Source of the DNA: the human T2T-CHM13v2.0 reference genome, Homo sapiens
Strand: one strand, 5' to 3'
NCBI RefSeq assembly: GCF_009914755.1
Contig: NC_060932.1
DNA length: 64,000 nt
Shown here in pieces: positions 41,220 to 56,004 of this stretch. Under the pieces are notes generated by a model. The model was not told the origin of the DNA. It saw nothing but the letters and a program-made list of their open reading frames with translations, and ran no database searches. How positions within the stretch are numbered: the first letter of the stretch is position 1; each line of letters starts with the position of its first letter. The translations under genes were made by a program, and so were the position numbers.

Positions 41220-41397
41220 TATATAGTATCAACTGGAGTGAGGAGAAAATAATGCATTTAGAGTAACACAATTTACTTAAATTGTATTATTTCATATTTA
41301 TATTACAGTCAATGTTTTTCATTTTCACTTCAGCTACCAGTATAATGGAAATACAAGGAGTATCAAACAAAAGGAATGAAGTAAGAGAAAAGGATAA

Positions 41398-41763
41398 TGT
41401 CTTAATTTTGTGCTGCTATAACAGAATATAATAGACTGAGTAACTTACAATAAAAAGTTTTATTGGCTCACAGTTCTGGAGGTTGGGAAGTCCAATATCA
41501 AAGTGCTGGCATTTAGCAAGGGCCTTCTTGCTGCATCATAGCATGGTGGAAGGGCAAAAAGTAGTCCAGACAGAGCTAGAAAAAAGGGTGAAACCCACTC
41601 TTGGGATAACAAACCCACTATTATAATAAAGGCATTAGTCCATTATGAGGTCTTAGCCTTCATGACTTTAACACCTCTTAAAAGTCCCACCTCCTAATAC
41701 TGTCATAATGGCAATTAAATTCCAACATGAGTTTTGAAGGAGACAAACATTCAAACCATAGTA
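41398..41763 (-). mobile_element. MSTD-like solo LTR
   Basis: tgctgctataacagaata...ggctcacagttctggagg...acattcaaaccatagta; TSD gataa/gatga. Confidence 0.85.
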
Positions 41764-42181
41764 GATGACAATACATTTTTAGACTACAAAACAACCAAAA
41801 CTGCAACATTTCAAAAATCGAGTTAATTGTTTTACCTCTTTTTAAGGCCAAAAGGTGTAATTTTTTCCTCTTTCTTATGAAGGCATTTTATTTTCACATT
41901 TTTTTTTTGCAATAGACTTCCTGCCTTTAATCATGGCTTCTATGGACAGCTTGGACTTGCAATGTTACTGGTATGGCCTTGAATCAGTAATTTTTATTAC
42001 AAGTGGCCCTGTTATTTAAGAGGTACCATGTATTGAGTATTAACTCCAAATACCTTAATGAGAGGATCTGATTGATCTAATCTGGAGATTAGAGATGTGG
42101 ATCAGTTGGCATCTTTCCTAGAGTAATCTATTACCAGTATTTTGTATTTATATAATATAGAGTTTCTTTTTTATCATTTTT

Positions 42182-42537
42182 AAAGAGTTTAATGGGCTCA
42201 CAGTTCTGCAGGCTTTACAGGAAATGTGGTGCTGACATGTGCTTCAGGTGAGGCCTCAGGAAACTTACAATCACGGCCAAAGGTGACAGGGATACAGCAT
42301 GTCACATGTGAGAATAGGAAAAAGAAAGTGAGGTGGAGGAGGTCCCAAGCTTTTAAACAACCAGGCCTTGAATGAACTTACTGAGCAAGAACTCAGTTAT
42401 CATCACGGGGATGGTGCTAAACCATTCACAAGGGATTTGTCCCCATGATCCAATCACCTCCCACCAGGGCCCACCTCCAACATTGGGAATCATATTTCAA
42501 CAAGAGTTTGGAGGAGTCAAACATCCAAACTATATCA
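42182..42537 (-). mobile_element. MSTB-like LTR, partial
   Basis: ggtgaggcctcaggaaacttacaatcacgg...ccccatgatccaatcacctcccaccagg...catccaaactatatca. Confidence 0.85.
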
Positions 42538-42580
42538 TAGCCTTAATATCCATCAATAGGGGATTAGTTAAACAAATTAT

Positions 42581-42695
42581 GGGACTATGTATTGTGGCTC
42601 ACCTTATTATCCCAGCACTTTGGGAGGCCAAGGCAGGTGGATCACTGAAACCAGCCTGGGAAACATAGCAAGCCCCTATCTCTACTTAAAAAAAG
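42581..42695 (+). mobile_element. FLAM or Alu left monomer
   Basis: gtggctcac...cccagcactttgggaggccaaggc...tctctac then A-run. Confidence 0.75.
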
Positions 42696-42839
42696 GGGGT
42701 ACATCAATAATCTGAGTACTATGCAGCTAAAACAAAACAAAGGAAGCTCTTTATGCACTTGTATGAAATAATCTTCAAAATCTATTGGTATATGTAAAAA
42801 GTCAAGATGCAGAATAGTGTGTAAAGAAAGCTAGAATTT

Positions 42840-42971
42840 AGCCAGGTCTGGTGGCTCATGCTCATGGACCTAGCACTTTGGGAGACCTAGGCAGGAGGAT
42901 TGCTTGAGGCCAGGAGTTCAAGACCAACCTAGCCAACATAGCAAAACCCCATCTCTATTAAAAGAAATAAT
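42840..42971 (+). mobile_element. FLAM monomer
   Basis: Monomer with TSD aaagaaagctagaattt/aaagaaaactaaaattt (15/17 identical). Confidence 0.85.
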
Positions 42972-43093
42972 AAAGAAAACTAAAATTTGTGTTAACAAGG
43001 GGGATAACATCAGTATGCATGTGTATATTTGATTGTATTTACATAAAACATCTCTGGAAAGATAAAGAAAAAGAACTGAGAGGCTGGGAATAG

Positions 43094-43414
<321 letters not shown>

Positions 43415-44389
43415 CCCTTTTATACTTTTTGGATTTTGATTTTTGTTTTGGTTTCTTCTTCCAAGGTTATCATATTATGTATATAGTATTATTGCCCCAC
43501 TTTTACAAATAATACAACAAATGCTTAGGATGTCCAAGTAATTTTTCCAAGTAGAAGAGAGAACAGAATATATGCACTCTGGTTGTATAAACTGTTTGTT
43601 TTTGTTTTTTTCACTTTACGTTTGCTTTGTATTTTTAATTAGGAAATAATATATGTTCATAGTCACTAGGGAAACTATAATGAATAAGAAAAAGATGAAA
43701 TTCTTTCTATCTTTCTCTTATCATTTTTGTAGGAGATACATACAAATAAATAATGTTGAAAACCACCAAGTATTTTGTCTTCAAATACTTTCTCCATTTT
43801 CAAACATAACTAGTGTATTCAGAACCATTAAAACCTATAATCCTTGAGAATGTCAGAAAATAAAAAGTTCATTTTTCTCATGTTAGTAAATTACAAAATA
43901 AAAAAAATCAAAATGAGGAAAGACATGCAAAGTCTTTGTAAGGAGATAAAATAGCTTCCAATTTGTCTGACTCAATTTAAATTAGATAGATTGTGTTAAC
44001 ATATTTAAATATTATTCTATTGTCGGGGCAACATTGATGAACAATGAACATGTAAAGTAAGCATGGCAATTTGGAGACTGTTTATTCTTGTACTGTCCAA
44101 AAGAGTGGAGCATATTATCATCCACTGACCAAGATCATTTTTGCAAATTAAATGTATTAATCAGACATATCTTCGTATCTTTGAAAATTCATATTATTTA
44201 ACTTCCTTTATTTTCTTTAACACCAAGTATTGTTTCTTCATTCTTATGTAGATTTTCTTATAAAAAGACTATATTAGTATGACCTTAGTATTTAATTGCA
44301 TGTTATAACATTATTTATCATTAAACTGATCACATGATGTTCAGAATTTGTAACAGTGCTCAGGAGATTATTATGGGCCAAATAATCCA

Positions 44390-44550
44390 TTAACTTTACA
44401 TACATCATCTAATTTAATCATAGTAATTAAATGAAGTAAATGTTATGTTTTCATCTTATAGCTAAAAAAATTGATCATTCAATAAGTTAAATGATTTAGG
44501 CAAGGTCAGATAGCTAGGATACAGAGAAGGAGACAGGTTTTCAAGTTAAA
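44390..44550 (-). mobile_element. MIR relic
   Basis: tttacatacatcatctaatttaatc...aagttaaatgatttaggcaaggtcagatagcta. Confidence 0.6.
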
Positions 44551-44744
44551 GTGAAAGCTGAAGAAAAATCATTCTATAGACATGCTACAGTCAGGAGTTT
44601 CAGAGATTTTTATTCAACTCATATCCCTGGGCATAAATCCCTGAAGTCTGAAGCATAATGCAATCTTTATAATTCAGAAATTCAAATAGGAACATGCTTT
44701 ACTTTAAGTGTGGCATATCTCTTCCTGCAATGAGTTTGCCAAAA

Positions 44745-45385
44745 TCAAAGTTAATGGAAGAGTTTCCCGCAAAACTGCCCTCACTTTAGACTTTAGACAT
44801 CATCCACAAGTTCAGTGGTCCCAAGATAACTCTCACTTCAAACCACTGACTACAAATGTGAGGGTTCCTACAATCATGGTAAGGTTCTATAATTTGCTAG
44901 AAAGTTACACATAAGTCACTTCAAGTACTTTACTCACTACTGCAGTTGTGCTATGGCTAAAAGATAAAAAGGAGAACCAATTAAAAAACAGAGAGAGATG
45001 CATAAGGCAAAACATGGAAGGATTCCAGGCATGGAATTTGCAGCAACTTCAGGAAACATTTCTCTCCTGACGCTAATAACCAACTGTGGAACCTCAACTG
45101 AGGTCATAGGTGTTCGGAGTTATTATTAGGTTGTATATTATAGGCACCATTGATTGAACCATTGCTCATATGACCCAGTCTTCAGCTAGAGGTCTGGCTA
45201 ATATCAGGTGGCTCAAAGCCTTAGCTCTCTAATTATGTTATTGGTCTTTGTGGCATGATTGGCACATGTCCTGAGTCATATGATTAGTATAAGCTATCTA
45301 GGGTCTCATCATAAACACCTAATTAGCATAATGAGGACTCCATCATCAAAAAAAAAGACACTGTTATTACTTAGGAAATTCTAAA
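44745..45385. mobile_element. MER21-like LTR
   Basis: aaactgccctcactt...ataatttgctagaa...gagatgcataaggcaa...aagacactgttattacttaggaaattc. Confidence 0.75.
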
Positions 45386-45472
45386 AATGTATATACATCT
45401 GAAGTGTATCTACATATACATCAATCTATCTCTCAAAATCAATCAATGTCTCTGTCTCACATACATACACAC

Positions 45473-45474
<2 letters not shown>

Positions 45475-45516
<42 letters not shown>

Positions 45517-45834
45517 TTGATTTTAAGAAGTTGGCTTATGTGATTGTGGATGCTTGGCAAGTCCAAAATCTGTAGAGTAGGCTAGTAGGATGGAGACCCA
45601 GAAAAGACATGCATTTCAAAGGCAATCAGCTGGCAGAAACCCCTTTTCTTTCAGGGAGGTCCATTTTTTTCTAGGCTGTCAACTGATCAGATGAGACTGC
45701 TTATGAAAGGTAAACTATTTTATTCGAAGTCTACCCATCCCCATTTCATAAAACATGAAATTATCTAAAATAATGTTTGACCAAATATCTGGAAACTCTG
45801 ACCCAGTCAAGTTGACAAATAAAATTAACCATAA
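45475..45834 (-). mobile_element. MLT2D-like LTR with (GA)n microsatellite
   Basis: ttggcttatgtgattgtgg...ggcaagtccaaaatctgtag...taatgtttgaccaaatatctgg...aaattaaccat. Confidence 0.8.
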
Positions 45835-46842
45835 TGAGAGGCAAACTCTCAAGAACCAGAAATGGATGCTTTATTATACACTTCCTAATTTGATTGATAT
45901 AAATGACATAGTGCGCAATTTTTTTCTCCTGAAATTATGCTTTTTTTCCCTAATTTATTCCCCTCATGGGGTTCAACACATATCCAAGAAAATAAAGCAG
46001 AACAACACCTATTAATGGAATTCAATTCAGAAACACAGGAACAGAGAAACATTTGGCAGCGGCTTTGAGGGCTCCAACAAATAGCTGCTCTTTCTCATCT
46101 TAAATTCCTGACCTACAGCTTCAAAGATTGTAATATGTTGGAACAGAATGATTGACAACTTCATGTATAGGCTGAGGAGAAACAGCAGGACCCTGGCGTA
46201 GTTATAGAAAAGAGATGGCTTTAGAGGAGAAAACTGAAAAACAGAATTCAGTGTTAGAGTTTCTTTTCTCAAAAAGTAATGGGCTCTAAGAGACGGTACC
46301 AGAGTCTATATGAAAGTATCCGTGGCTTCTGACAAGCTATGGAAATGCTGAACATCTAGAGGGATCAGTTCTCTGCAGACTCTGAATGTAATCTACATAT
46401 TGTTGTTTTGTAATAGATCATGTATCTTTTCTCTTTAATGAAGAATAGCTTAATACTGCATTTGCATTTATTTATGTACTTTGTTATTTAAATTTAGTAA
46501 AGACTGGCCTTAGAGTGAATCAAAATTAACCACTAAGTCAAAGTGCTAAATTGTCTGGTCTATGGCCAGATGTTCTTTGTATGTGCAGAGCAAGACATAG
46601 ATATGTTTCTAAATTTTGTTATCTTTCTATTTTAATGGATTGTCTGTGATGAGAAGTCATTCGAAGAAAAATTAGATTCATGGCATTATCAAAATAGTTG
46701 CTATCCTTTGCTTGTCTATTTAAATAATAGGCATTTTCTCACATGCTTTTATACTTGGAAGATATTTATACATTAAACAAGGTAGAAGACTGTTTACTTA
46801 AGTCATGTTATTAAGTCAGTAAGTTTGTCAAATACTGTATTT

Positions 46843-49544
46843 CAGGGGTCCCTAACCCCCGGCCACAGACAAGTACTGGTCCATAGCCTGTTGGGAAACG
46901 GGCCTCACAGTAGAAGGCAAGTAGCCAGCATGCGAACAAAGCTTCATCTGTATTTAAAACCACTCCCCATCACAACCATTACCACCTGAGTTCGGCCTCC
47001 TATCAGATCAGCTGTGTCATTAGATTCTCATAGGCCTGCAAATCCTATTGTGGACTGCACATGTGAGGGATCTGGGTTGCATGCTCTTTATGAGAATCTA
47101 ATGCCTGATGATGTGAAGTGGAGCTGAGGACGTAATGCTAGCACTGGGGAGAGACTACAAATACAGATTAACATTAGCAGAGATGTTTGACTGCACAGAG
47201 AACATACAAATCAAATGCTTGCAGATTCATATCAAAACCCTATCAGTGAATGGCAAATGACAATTAAGCTGCATCTGGTGGCTGGCTTTATAGTGGCACT
47301 TGAGTTGATGTACTTCAATTGTACAGCTGCATCTGGTGGCAGGCTTTAAGTCAGAATCTGACACTTATTCTAGTCCATGCATGGGTTGCCCATTATTTTA
47401 TTTACCACTTCTGTTCATGCCTCTTTCCTTTACTGTGCACTTGTCTCAGCCACAGTTTGGGTAAGCCCACAAGCTAACCCTAGCCAAAATGAGTAAAAGC
47501 AAATGTCACTGGAGAGTTTCTTTGAAAAGAGGAAAAGACACAATGATGAGACAGCAGAAAACTCTACGGCTGACAACAAAAATACAGCTGAATTTAAAAG
47601 AAAATACCAAGTGTCCTACTTAAATTGTGGATTCATTGAAAAAGGTGATTCATATTCTGTAAACCTGCTTTGTATAATATGTGATGAGCAGTTATTTAAT
47701 GAAGCCATTAAACTCTCAAAACTTCTTCACCACATGGAAACCAAGCACCCTCTATTAAAAGACAAGACTTAGGAGTTTTTCAAAAGAAAAAAAAAGTTGT
47801 GAACATGAAGAACAGAAGCAATGAAGGCCACCACTTCATCAAATGTGTCTGTACTGAGAGCATCATTCTTAGGGGCTAACTGCATTGCTAAAGCTAAGAA
47901 GGTCTTTACTGCTGGCAAAGAGCTAATCCTGCTTGCTGCTAAGGACATTTGTTGTGAAATTTTAGGAGAGGATGCAGTTCAAAAAGTGGCACGTGTTTCT
48001 CTTTTGGCTAGCATTATAACTAGACAAACTGATGAAATAGCAGAGGATATATAGGCACAATGGTTATATAGGATTAATGAGTCACTGTGGTGCACTATCC
48101 AGGTTGACGAGTCTACCGATGTTGACAAGAAGGCAACAATGCTTGGTTTTGTATGATATATTTTTCAGGAGGATGTTCACGAGGATGCGTTATGTACACT
48201 TTTGTTGCCAACCAACAACACAACTGCAGAACTCTTCAAGTTTTAAAATGATTACATATCTGGAAAACCGAATTAGTCATTTTGTGTCAGTATATGCATG
48301 GACAGAGTGACTACCATGACTGGATGGCTTTCTGCTTTCACTATTGGAGTCAAAGAGGTCGCTTCTAAATGAGTCTACACCCTGTGTCATCCATAAAGAA
48401 ATACTAGCTAGCCCAAAAACGTTACCTGAACTTAACAATAGTTTGCAGGATGTGATTAAAATTATCAATCACATGAAAGTACATGCCCTTAATTCATGTC
48501 TGTTCGCAGCACAGATCTGTGAGGAGATGGACGCAGGACACACACATCTTCAACATGTAAGTGATATGGCCTTCTAAAGGTAGATCACTGGCAAGAGTTT
48601 TTGAGTTGTGAGAGTTGCTCCAAAGATTTCCTTTAGAAGAACAATTACCACTAAGAGCACATTTCAGTGACCCAGAATGGGTTGCAAAACTTGCTTATTT
48701 GTGTGACATATTTAACTGGCTCAATGAACTCAATCTGTCACTTCAGAGGAGACTGACAACTGTGTTCAAGTCAGCAGTTAAAATGGCTGCATTCAAAGCC
48801 AAACTGGAATTGTGAGGGCAACAAGTGAACATTGGGATTTCTGATGTTTCAAACACTAGCAGAGATTTTGAAAGAGAATGAGCCAGGGCTTTCTTTCTCC
48901 TAGCTGGTGCATGATCACCTATCTCAGCTTCCATAAGAGTTTGAGCATTACTTCCCAACTACACTACTTCCCTGAACTGGGAAGGAATGGATCCATGAAC
49001 CATTTGCGAATAAGTCACATAAGTTGACTCACCCATACTAGAAGAGAATCAACTGCTTGACATCACAAAAGATGGTGCCTTTAAAAGTATGTTTGAGAAG
49101 ACATCAAATATCCATACATTCTGGATTAAAGGCGAGGCAGAATATCTTGAGATTGCCATAAAAGCACTGAAAAGCATGCTTGCATTTCCAACATCCTATC
49201 TTTGTGAAGCAGGCTTCCCTGCAGTGACAGCAACCATAATGAGATTGCAGAGTAAACTGAACACAAGCAACACACTTCAGTGTCACTGTCTCCCATCACC
49301 CCTAGATGGGACCAACTAGCTGCCAAAAAAAAAAAAAAAAAAAACCTCAGGGCTCCCACTGATTCAACATTATGTTGAGTTATATAATTATTTCATCATA
49401 TTTTACAATATAATGATAATATATATAAAGTACACAATAAATGCAATGCACTTGAATCATCCCGAAACCATCCCTCCTTGCCTTCTGTGGAAAAACTGTC
49501 TTCCACAAACTGGTCTCTGTTGCCAAAATGTTTAGGGACCACTG
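46843..49544 (+). mobile_element. Apparently full-length Charlie3 (autonomous MER1 partner, hAT DNA transposon), 2702 bp
   Basis: Terminal inverted repeats caggggtccctaac / tttagggaccactg; MER1-type 5' end; internal transposase; decayed 8-bp TSD ctgtattt/ctttatac. Confidence 0.92.
47489..49362 (+). pseudogene. hAT (Buster/Charlie clade) transposase pseudogene with many stops and frameshifts
   Basis: BED finger CIIC...HMETKH; VDESTD near 48103; CVIHKE; WVAKLAYLCDIF; hATC motif FPTSYLCEAGF; terminal QGSH-stop. Confidence 0.92.
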
Positions 49545-51319
49545 CTTTATACAATTTCCAGCATCATTTAAGAGATAAATTAAACCATTTAGCTACCATA
49601 TTATCAAAGCAGTCAAACAAGCCGTGCTCAAGAGGAATGTTTGTGTACAAATTGTGTGGGTTCAGGACAAATATGTTTAAAGTGCTTCAAAAATCTAGAT
49701 GGTTTCACATTTTACTACCTTTTTTCACTATTTAACCTTTTTTCCCCATTTGTATTTTCTAAGGGTCCAGTCACATGCATAAAAAACAGAATTTAACCTT
49801 AATTTGGCCAGCACAGTTGACCAGAATAGTAGGTTAGTTAGAAAAAGTATCTAAGAACAATGTGGGACAGGTCTGATTTCATTTACAGACTTGACTTCAA
49901 TATCTTTATAAAGTATCTGTTGAAAGATACTGTAGACCCCTTATAGCATACAGAGGTAACTAACTTAAGAACTACATTTCCAAGACTACCTTGCAAGTTT
50001 AGGGACATAATTTAGATTCATCCTTTCAAGATTTTGATTCAGAACCAAATTACATTGAGACAGAGAGAGATAGTACAAAACATCCATTTTAGAAAAATTA
50101 CAAAAATCAATGTGCATGGTTATGAAATGACTATGGTACTTAGTCTCTGCTTCTTGATTCTGAAGCTTGTGTAGCTGGTGACAGTAGAGATTCTGGCAGT
50201 TATAGGGGGTTCTGCATTCAGGAGAGGCCCATGTCCTTTCTCATGTTTTTAGCCCCAACCTGAACCCAGATAAAAGGTGGAAAGAGAAGTAATAGGAAAA
50301 GGAGAGAATAGATATATTAATAACCTATTAATATCTTTCTTATTAATCATTGATTTAAATTAACTACACGCACACATACACACACATACAATGGAGAAAT
50401 TTGTATATTGGAAGAAAATAAACATCTCCACAGTTTCCATGGACCAAATCTGTGCACCACAAAAAATAACAAATTATCACATAAGATCGTAATTTTTTCC
50501 TTTATTTTTCAGTGTAGTCTACTGTCATGAATAAGTTCATTATTTTCTGCTACGCTAAATAAGCAAACGATTTTGTCTATTTCCTATTTAAATATGAAGA
50601 TATTATTATGTTAATTTGCATACAAAAAAAACCAACAAACATTTGGAGTTAGTATGACTCTCATAAGCAAATGCTAAATATAATTATTATTTCCAAGACT
50701 AAAATTGACTCAGCATGTATCTAGTTAGAGAAAGTACCTTTTTTTCTGTTTTTTTTTATTTTACTTTTAAAAACATCTCTACTAAAAGGAATCATAACAC
50801 TTTCTAAAAATTAGTTCTGTGATAAAATGTTCTCAGTTTTCCAAAGGAAAACTAATATGTATTATGTTTATCTTTAATGCAGTTATTGATTTAATTGTAA
50901 ACAAAAAAATATAGGTTAAATAGAATGTTGGGAAACAAAATTAAAATTTGACATGATCTCAACAAGTAAAATTTGGCTTATTTATTACTTACTTATTAGT
51001 AAAATTGACTCAAAAATGAAAATTAGAGCTTAAGTAAAATAAGCAAATATACTCTTTACAATGACAAAAGGCATGATATAAATAACAAAATTCAAATGTT
51101 ATCAAACTACTGCAAAATACTATTTAAATGACATTGTATTAATATGCATAGGAAATAGTTATAAGACATGTTCTCTTTACGTAGAGATTTCACAATTTTA
51201 GTTTAGGTATATGAGCACTTGAAGGCAAGTGTAATAATTAAAGCAATAAATACAAATAAAGGATCCAGAAAGAAACAGTGCATGAGCAGCTTATTCTCTG
51301 TTGTAAAAATAAAATCTCT

Positions 51320-51560
51320 AGGGTAGACAAGGACATTTATGGTCTGGCTGCTATGTCTTGGACCTTCTCTCTACCACTGTCCACGTACTGTACAATGTGT
51401 TCTAATTTGTGTGTGAGTCCTTAAGTAGATCAGAATTTATGCTAGTAGTACCGGTGTTTTCTGCTTAGAGTAAACTCCATCACTTTCAGCCTCCTGATTA
51501 ACTTAACATTGTCTTTAAGAACTCAGCTGTGTCTAAAATCCATCTGGAGTCCTTCCCTCC
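51320..51560 (+). mobile_element. L2 relic
   Basis: caaggacatttatggtctggc...tctttaagaactcagct...tccttccc. Confidence 0.4.
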
Positions 51561-52442
51561 AAAAACTTTAGAAAACTTTAGATCTTTAGCGGATTTCTGG
51601 CTCCAAGTGAGACACCTGTTTCCTGATTTTTTCATGGTTAGGAGTTACAGGTATCTTCTACTTGCCTGGTAGCTAGTGATTTTTCTATCATAGTATTTTG
51701 CATGACATTAAAATCTTTGGCTTACATTTATTAGATGTGTTTAAAAATTTGATACATGAAATAATTTTTTATTTTCAAATTATCTATTTCCCCACTTCCA
51801 CTTCCATGAAGAGGTGGGCATTCCTGTCCTAAATTGCCCCAGAATGGCTTATGATTCTCCCCTAAAGATAAAGCTGGCTGAATTTACTTTTCTTCTTGGC
51901 ATTTTATTTTGTTTTTCTAAAACCTATCTTTTTTAAAACTGGATTCTTGTAGACTGAAGGGAGAGAGGTGTGGAGGAGATCCAGGGGGGACAACTATGTG
52001 ATTAGAAGCAGCAGCACCCTTGGGAAGCAGCAACGCCAATGAGAAAGTGACTGAGGCACACATAGGGAGAATGAATCTCAGGCCTAGCACCTCCTAGGGT
52101 GAGTGAATTTCACCCTAGGCCATGGGCCCTTACAAACATGCCCAATTGGCCCTGCTCCTAGCATGGCCTATAGCAGCAGATCCTGTGGACAAGGGAGCAC
52201 CATGGGAGCTAACATAACGGGTATCTCATCCAAAGCCAAAATATTCCCACAACCAGTGAGACCTCCCCTATCTATCATCTCCTTTGACTAACCTTGTACG
52301 TAGAAAGTCATGGAAAAATGTGATTGAGATTGAAACTCTAGTTGCCTCTGTTTGCTAAGATTCTAATTTTAGTTGATTTACATATTTATACAATATTTAA
52401 AAACTATATTTATGCCAAATAATTGAATTCATTAATAGTTTA

Positions 52443-52915
<473 letters not shown>

Positions 52916-55900
52916 AGATAGAATAAGTCTCACGTATGTTATACAATAATTATTTACCCTGGACTTCAAAACCCTTACTGAGAGGCTAAATAACTTGAAA
53001 TTACTATAAAACTACAAAAGAAGAACATTTCTGGGAGTTCAGAGAATGTCAAAAGCTCATCCATCATTTGACCTACAGCTATGTGGGGAAAGAAAGAAAG
53101 CCCACTTCTTGTGCACACACAATCAGGAGCCAAGGTAGCTTTAAGTAGATTGTCCATAAAGTTGCATAAGACAAATATCTATGCCTTAGTACATATATAT
53201 ACACATATGCTGCATTGTATATATTTTCCTGACAGCCATAGGCTGTAAGAAAAATACATATGATTGCTCTTGCAGGTGTTGACTATGACACTAAAATAGA
53301 GAAGCCAACTGACCCAGAGAGGAGCTAAGTCAATTGCAGAAAAGAAAACTAATACACAAATAACAATAATACAACAATAAAGCGATGAAAAAAATGTGTG
53401 AACTCATTGCAACATCTGGGGGTTATTTTCCTCACCCGAGTTGATCAAATAAAGATCATATTCCATTTGGATAGCATGAGATCTTGCCAGATAACTATTT
53501 GAGACAGCCTTTCTCCTGAGATGGTGGACAGGCTTTCGTGGCACTGGATCCAATTTTTATTCTGAGGATTCGGTCAGTCTTAACATTCTAACTAATGCCT
53601 CTTTTAATAAATTAATGCTTTTGTAAAAAAATGGTTTGTTTTATATCTTGATCTTTCATTTATCTTCTGAACTGTAACTTTTTAATATATTTAATTCAGG
53701 TTCATAAAATGTTTAGATGGTAATATATGCATGTATGTGTCTAAATATTAATAACAGCTACATAGAAATACTTCATAAAGGGAGATTATGATGTTTATTT
53801 TAAATGATTCAAGGAATAACTTGTGTATATTTTAAAATATTCTAATTGATAAAAGTTTTGTCTAAAAAATATATATTTTAGAACTAAACACTATTCATAG
53901 AATTCATTTCAAGATTTGGAAGTAAATATTTAATTTTTACAACATTTTTGAAATATTTTACAAAATAAAATTACTTTAAATGAAGTTCTTCAATCTATAT
54001 GAAGATTGTTTGAAATTATTTTAAAGCTAAATCAAATAAACTAAAGATTTTTTACATATTTAGAAAATGTTGGACAAAATAGTGATCTAGAGTACAATAG
54101 TAGCCAAGAAGAATACCATGCTTAATGAAAAGAAAGACTTATAGCTCATAGTTATGTATATTTTACCTACTTTAAACTCAAATAACAAATAAAATACAGT
54201 TAACTTAATGTTAGGAATAAAATCTTTAGGCTTGCAACTAAACAAATGTGGACTGCTTCACACAGATAAATTGGATGGCTGAAGAAAAACATTATACAAA
54301 ATTAATGAGCATCAAAAAGCAGAGTCTATTTTTTTAATGAAGTCAGGGGAAACTTTTCTAATCTCAGAAAACAGCAATCTAAGACGCAAAATAAGATAAT
54401 ACCAGCAGAGGGACAGTGTGGGTGTCCAGGCCACAGACTTTCATTTAGATAACAAGGTTTTGGAAAATTAAATTCTCTCTGGGTTATACAGGCTTTAAGT
54501 TAAAATAATATTATGCTAAATGTAAAGAAATTTGAGGTCCGAAACCATTCTACCTTTTCTAAATTGTTTATGAAGTTCAAGCATCTATAAGGAATTATTT
54601 CCTTACAGAATTTTATTAGAGTAACATCCAATTCTCTTATATTAGAATACAAAAATATACTATAGATAAAGTCCTTCAGCTGAAACCAAAGGATCTAACT
54701 CACAGCTTCAAACAGGTATATCACAATCATAATATAGCAAAACACCTTGTCCAAAACTTTGAACATCAGCATGGTGTAACTTTTTTATGAGGACAAGATG
54801 GGTTACAAGCCCAGGCTTTTTAATTTTAAAGATGTTTGATGTAGGATAACTGTATTTTCCAATATCTGCTCACCTTCTCTACCCTCAGATATGTCTTGAA
54901 GTCTATTTTGAGAAATTTAGTAGCCACAAGCCATCCACTCTTTAATCTTTTGAAAATGAAGATCAATTCCAGACTAAAAAACAGGATTACAATGAAACAC
55001 TTCATTTTTCTTTCTTGTAGAATTGGAAAAAAAACTTTATATAAACTGAAACATTAGATTGGTTCTAAATATCTAATTTTCATAAATTTTTATTAGATTA
55101 TTTTGTGAAAATAAGCATAAATTAAAATATCTATTCATTTATAAGTATTCATTAATTCAATCTTCACTTAGCCTTTTTATGTGCCAAATACTCTTAATTA
55201 GACATTCATAAGGGAAAACTCCCTTCAAAAAGGAATTGAAGACTGATGGAAAGCACACATACTATAACACAAACACATGTGCTTTGTCTTTTTGTGTGTA
55301 TCTATTCACCACATATTTTGACACTTTGTAAGAAAAGTATGAGGACAGAAAGAGTAGCAGACTATCTTTAAACTAAGAGAGCCTGGCACTTTCTTCTCAC
55401 ACTTGGCTGTAAATGTTCAAGATTTTTTTTGACTACCTTATTGGGAGAATCATTGACTACAGAGCAGGAATTTACTGTTTCTATAAATTTATTATAGTCA
55501 TTTTAAGAGTAAACTGAACTTACCAGTCACTCCCATAATTGTTTTCATGGAAGAAAGGTATGATGGTACTATCTACTAGGACCCCACACAAAATGATTTT
55601 CAAATCTTCATTTTTCCAAGTCTTTTGAGAACCAGCATCCATGAACTGTTTAACAAATTACAAATTATCTGGACAAGACCATATTTAAAACTACATTACA
55701 TTTAAGATAATTTACTCAGTTAGGCTGGTCACTGACATGCTTTAACCTTTCAAAAGAAGGTGATTTTTTAGCATATTTTAAAATGTCTGGCATCATTTGG
55801 AGATTAAAAACCCTTCAAATAGAAATGTTCACATTTCCTCGAATTAGCAACCTTATCTTAGTATATATTTTAATTTTTATGCAAAGCAATAAATAAAATC

Positions 55901-56004
55901 CTTCTTTATCAACTGAATTCAGAGCCAATTAAGAGTCAGATTCAGGAGTCATCCTCATGGACATAAAAATGTTAATCTTATTATTGAAATTCACTAAGTA
56001 ATTT

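Noticed and set aside
47503-49319. ZBED5/FAM200-like ORFs as a domesticated gene
   Set aside because: Numerous stops and frameshifts, and the ORFs lie within intact transposon ends
53000-56000. Long stretch with few recognisable repeats as a possible exon or ncRNA region
   Set aside because: No coding signature, tRNA/snoRNA structure or motif cluster recognised
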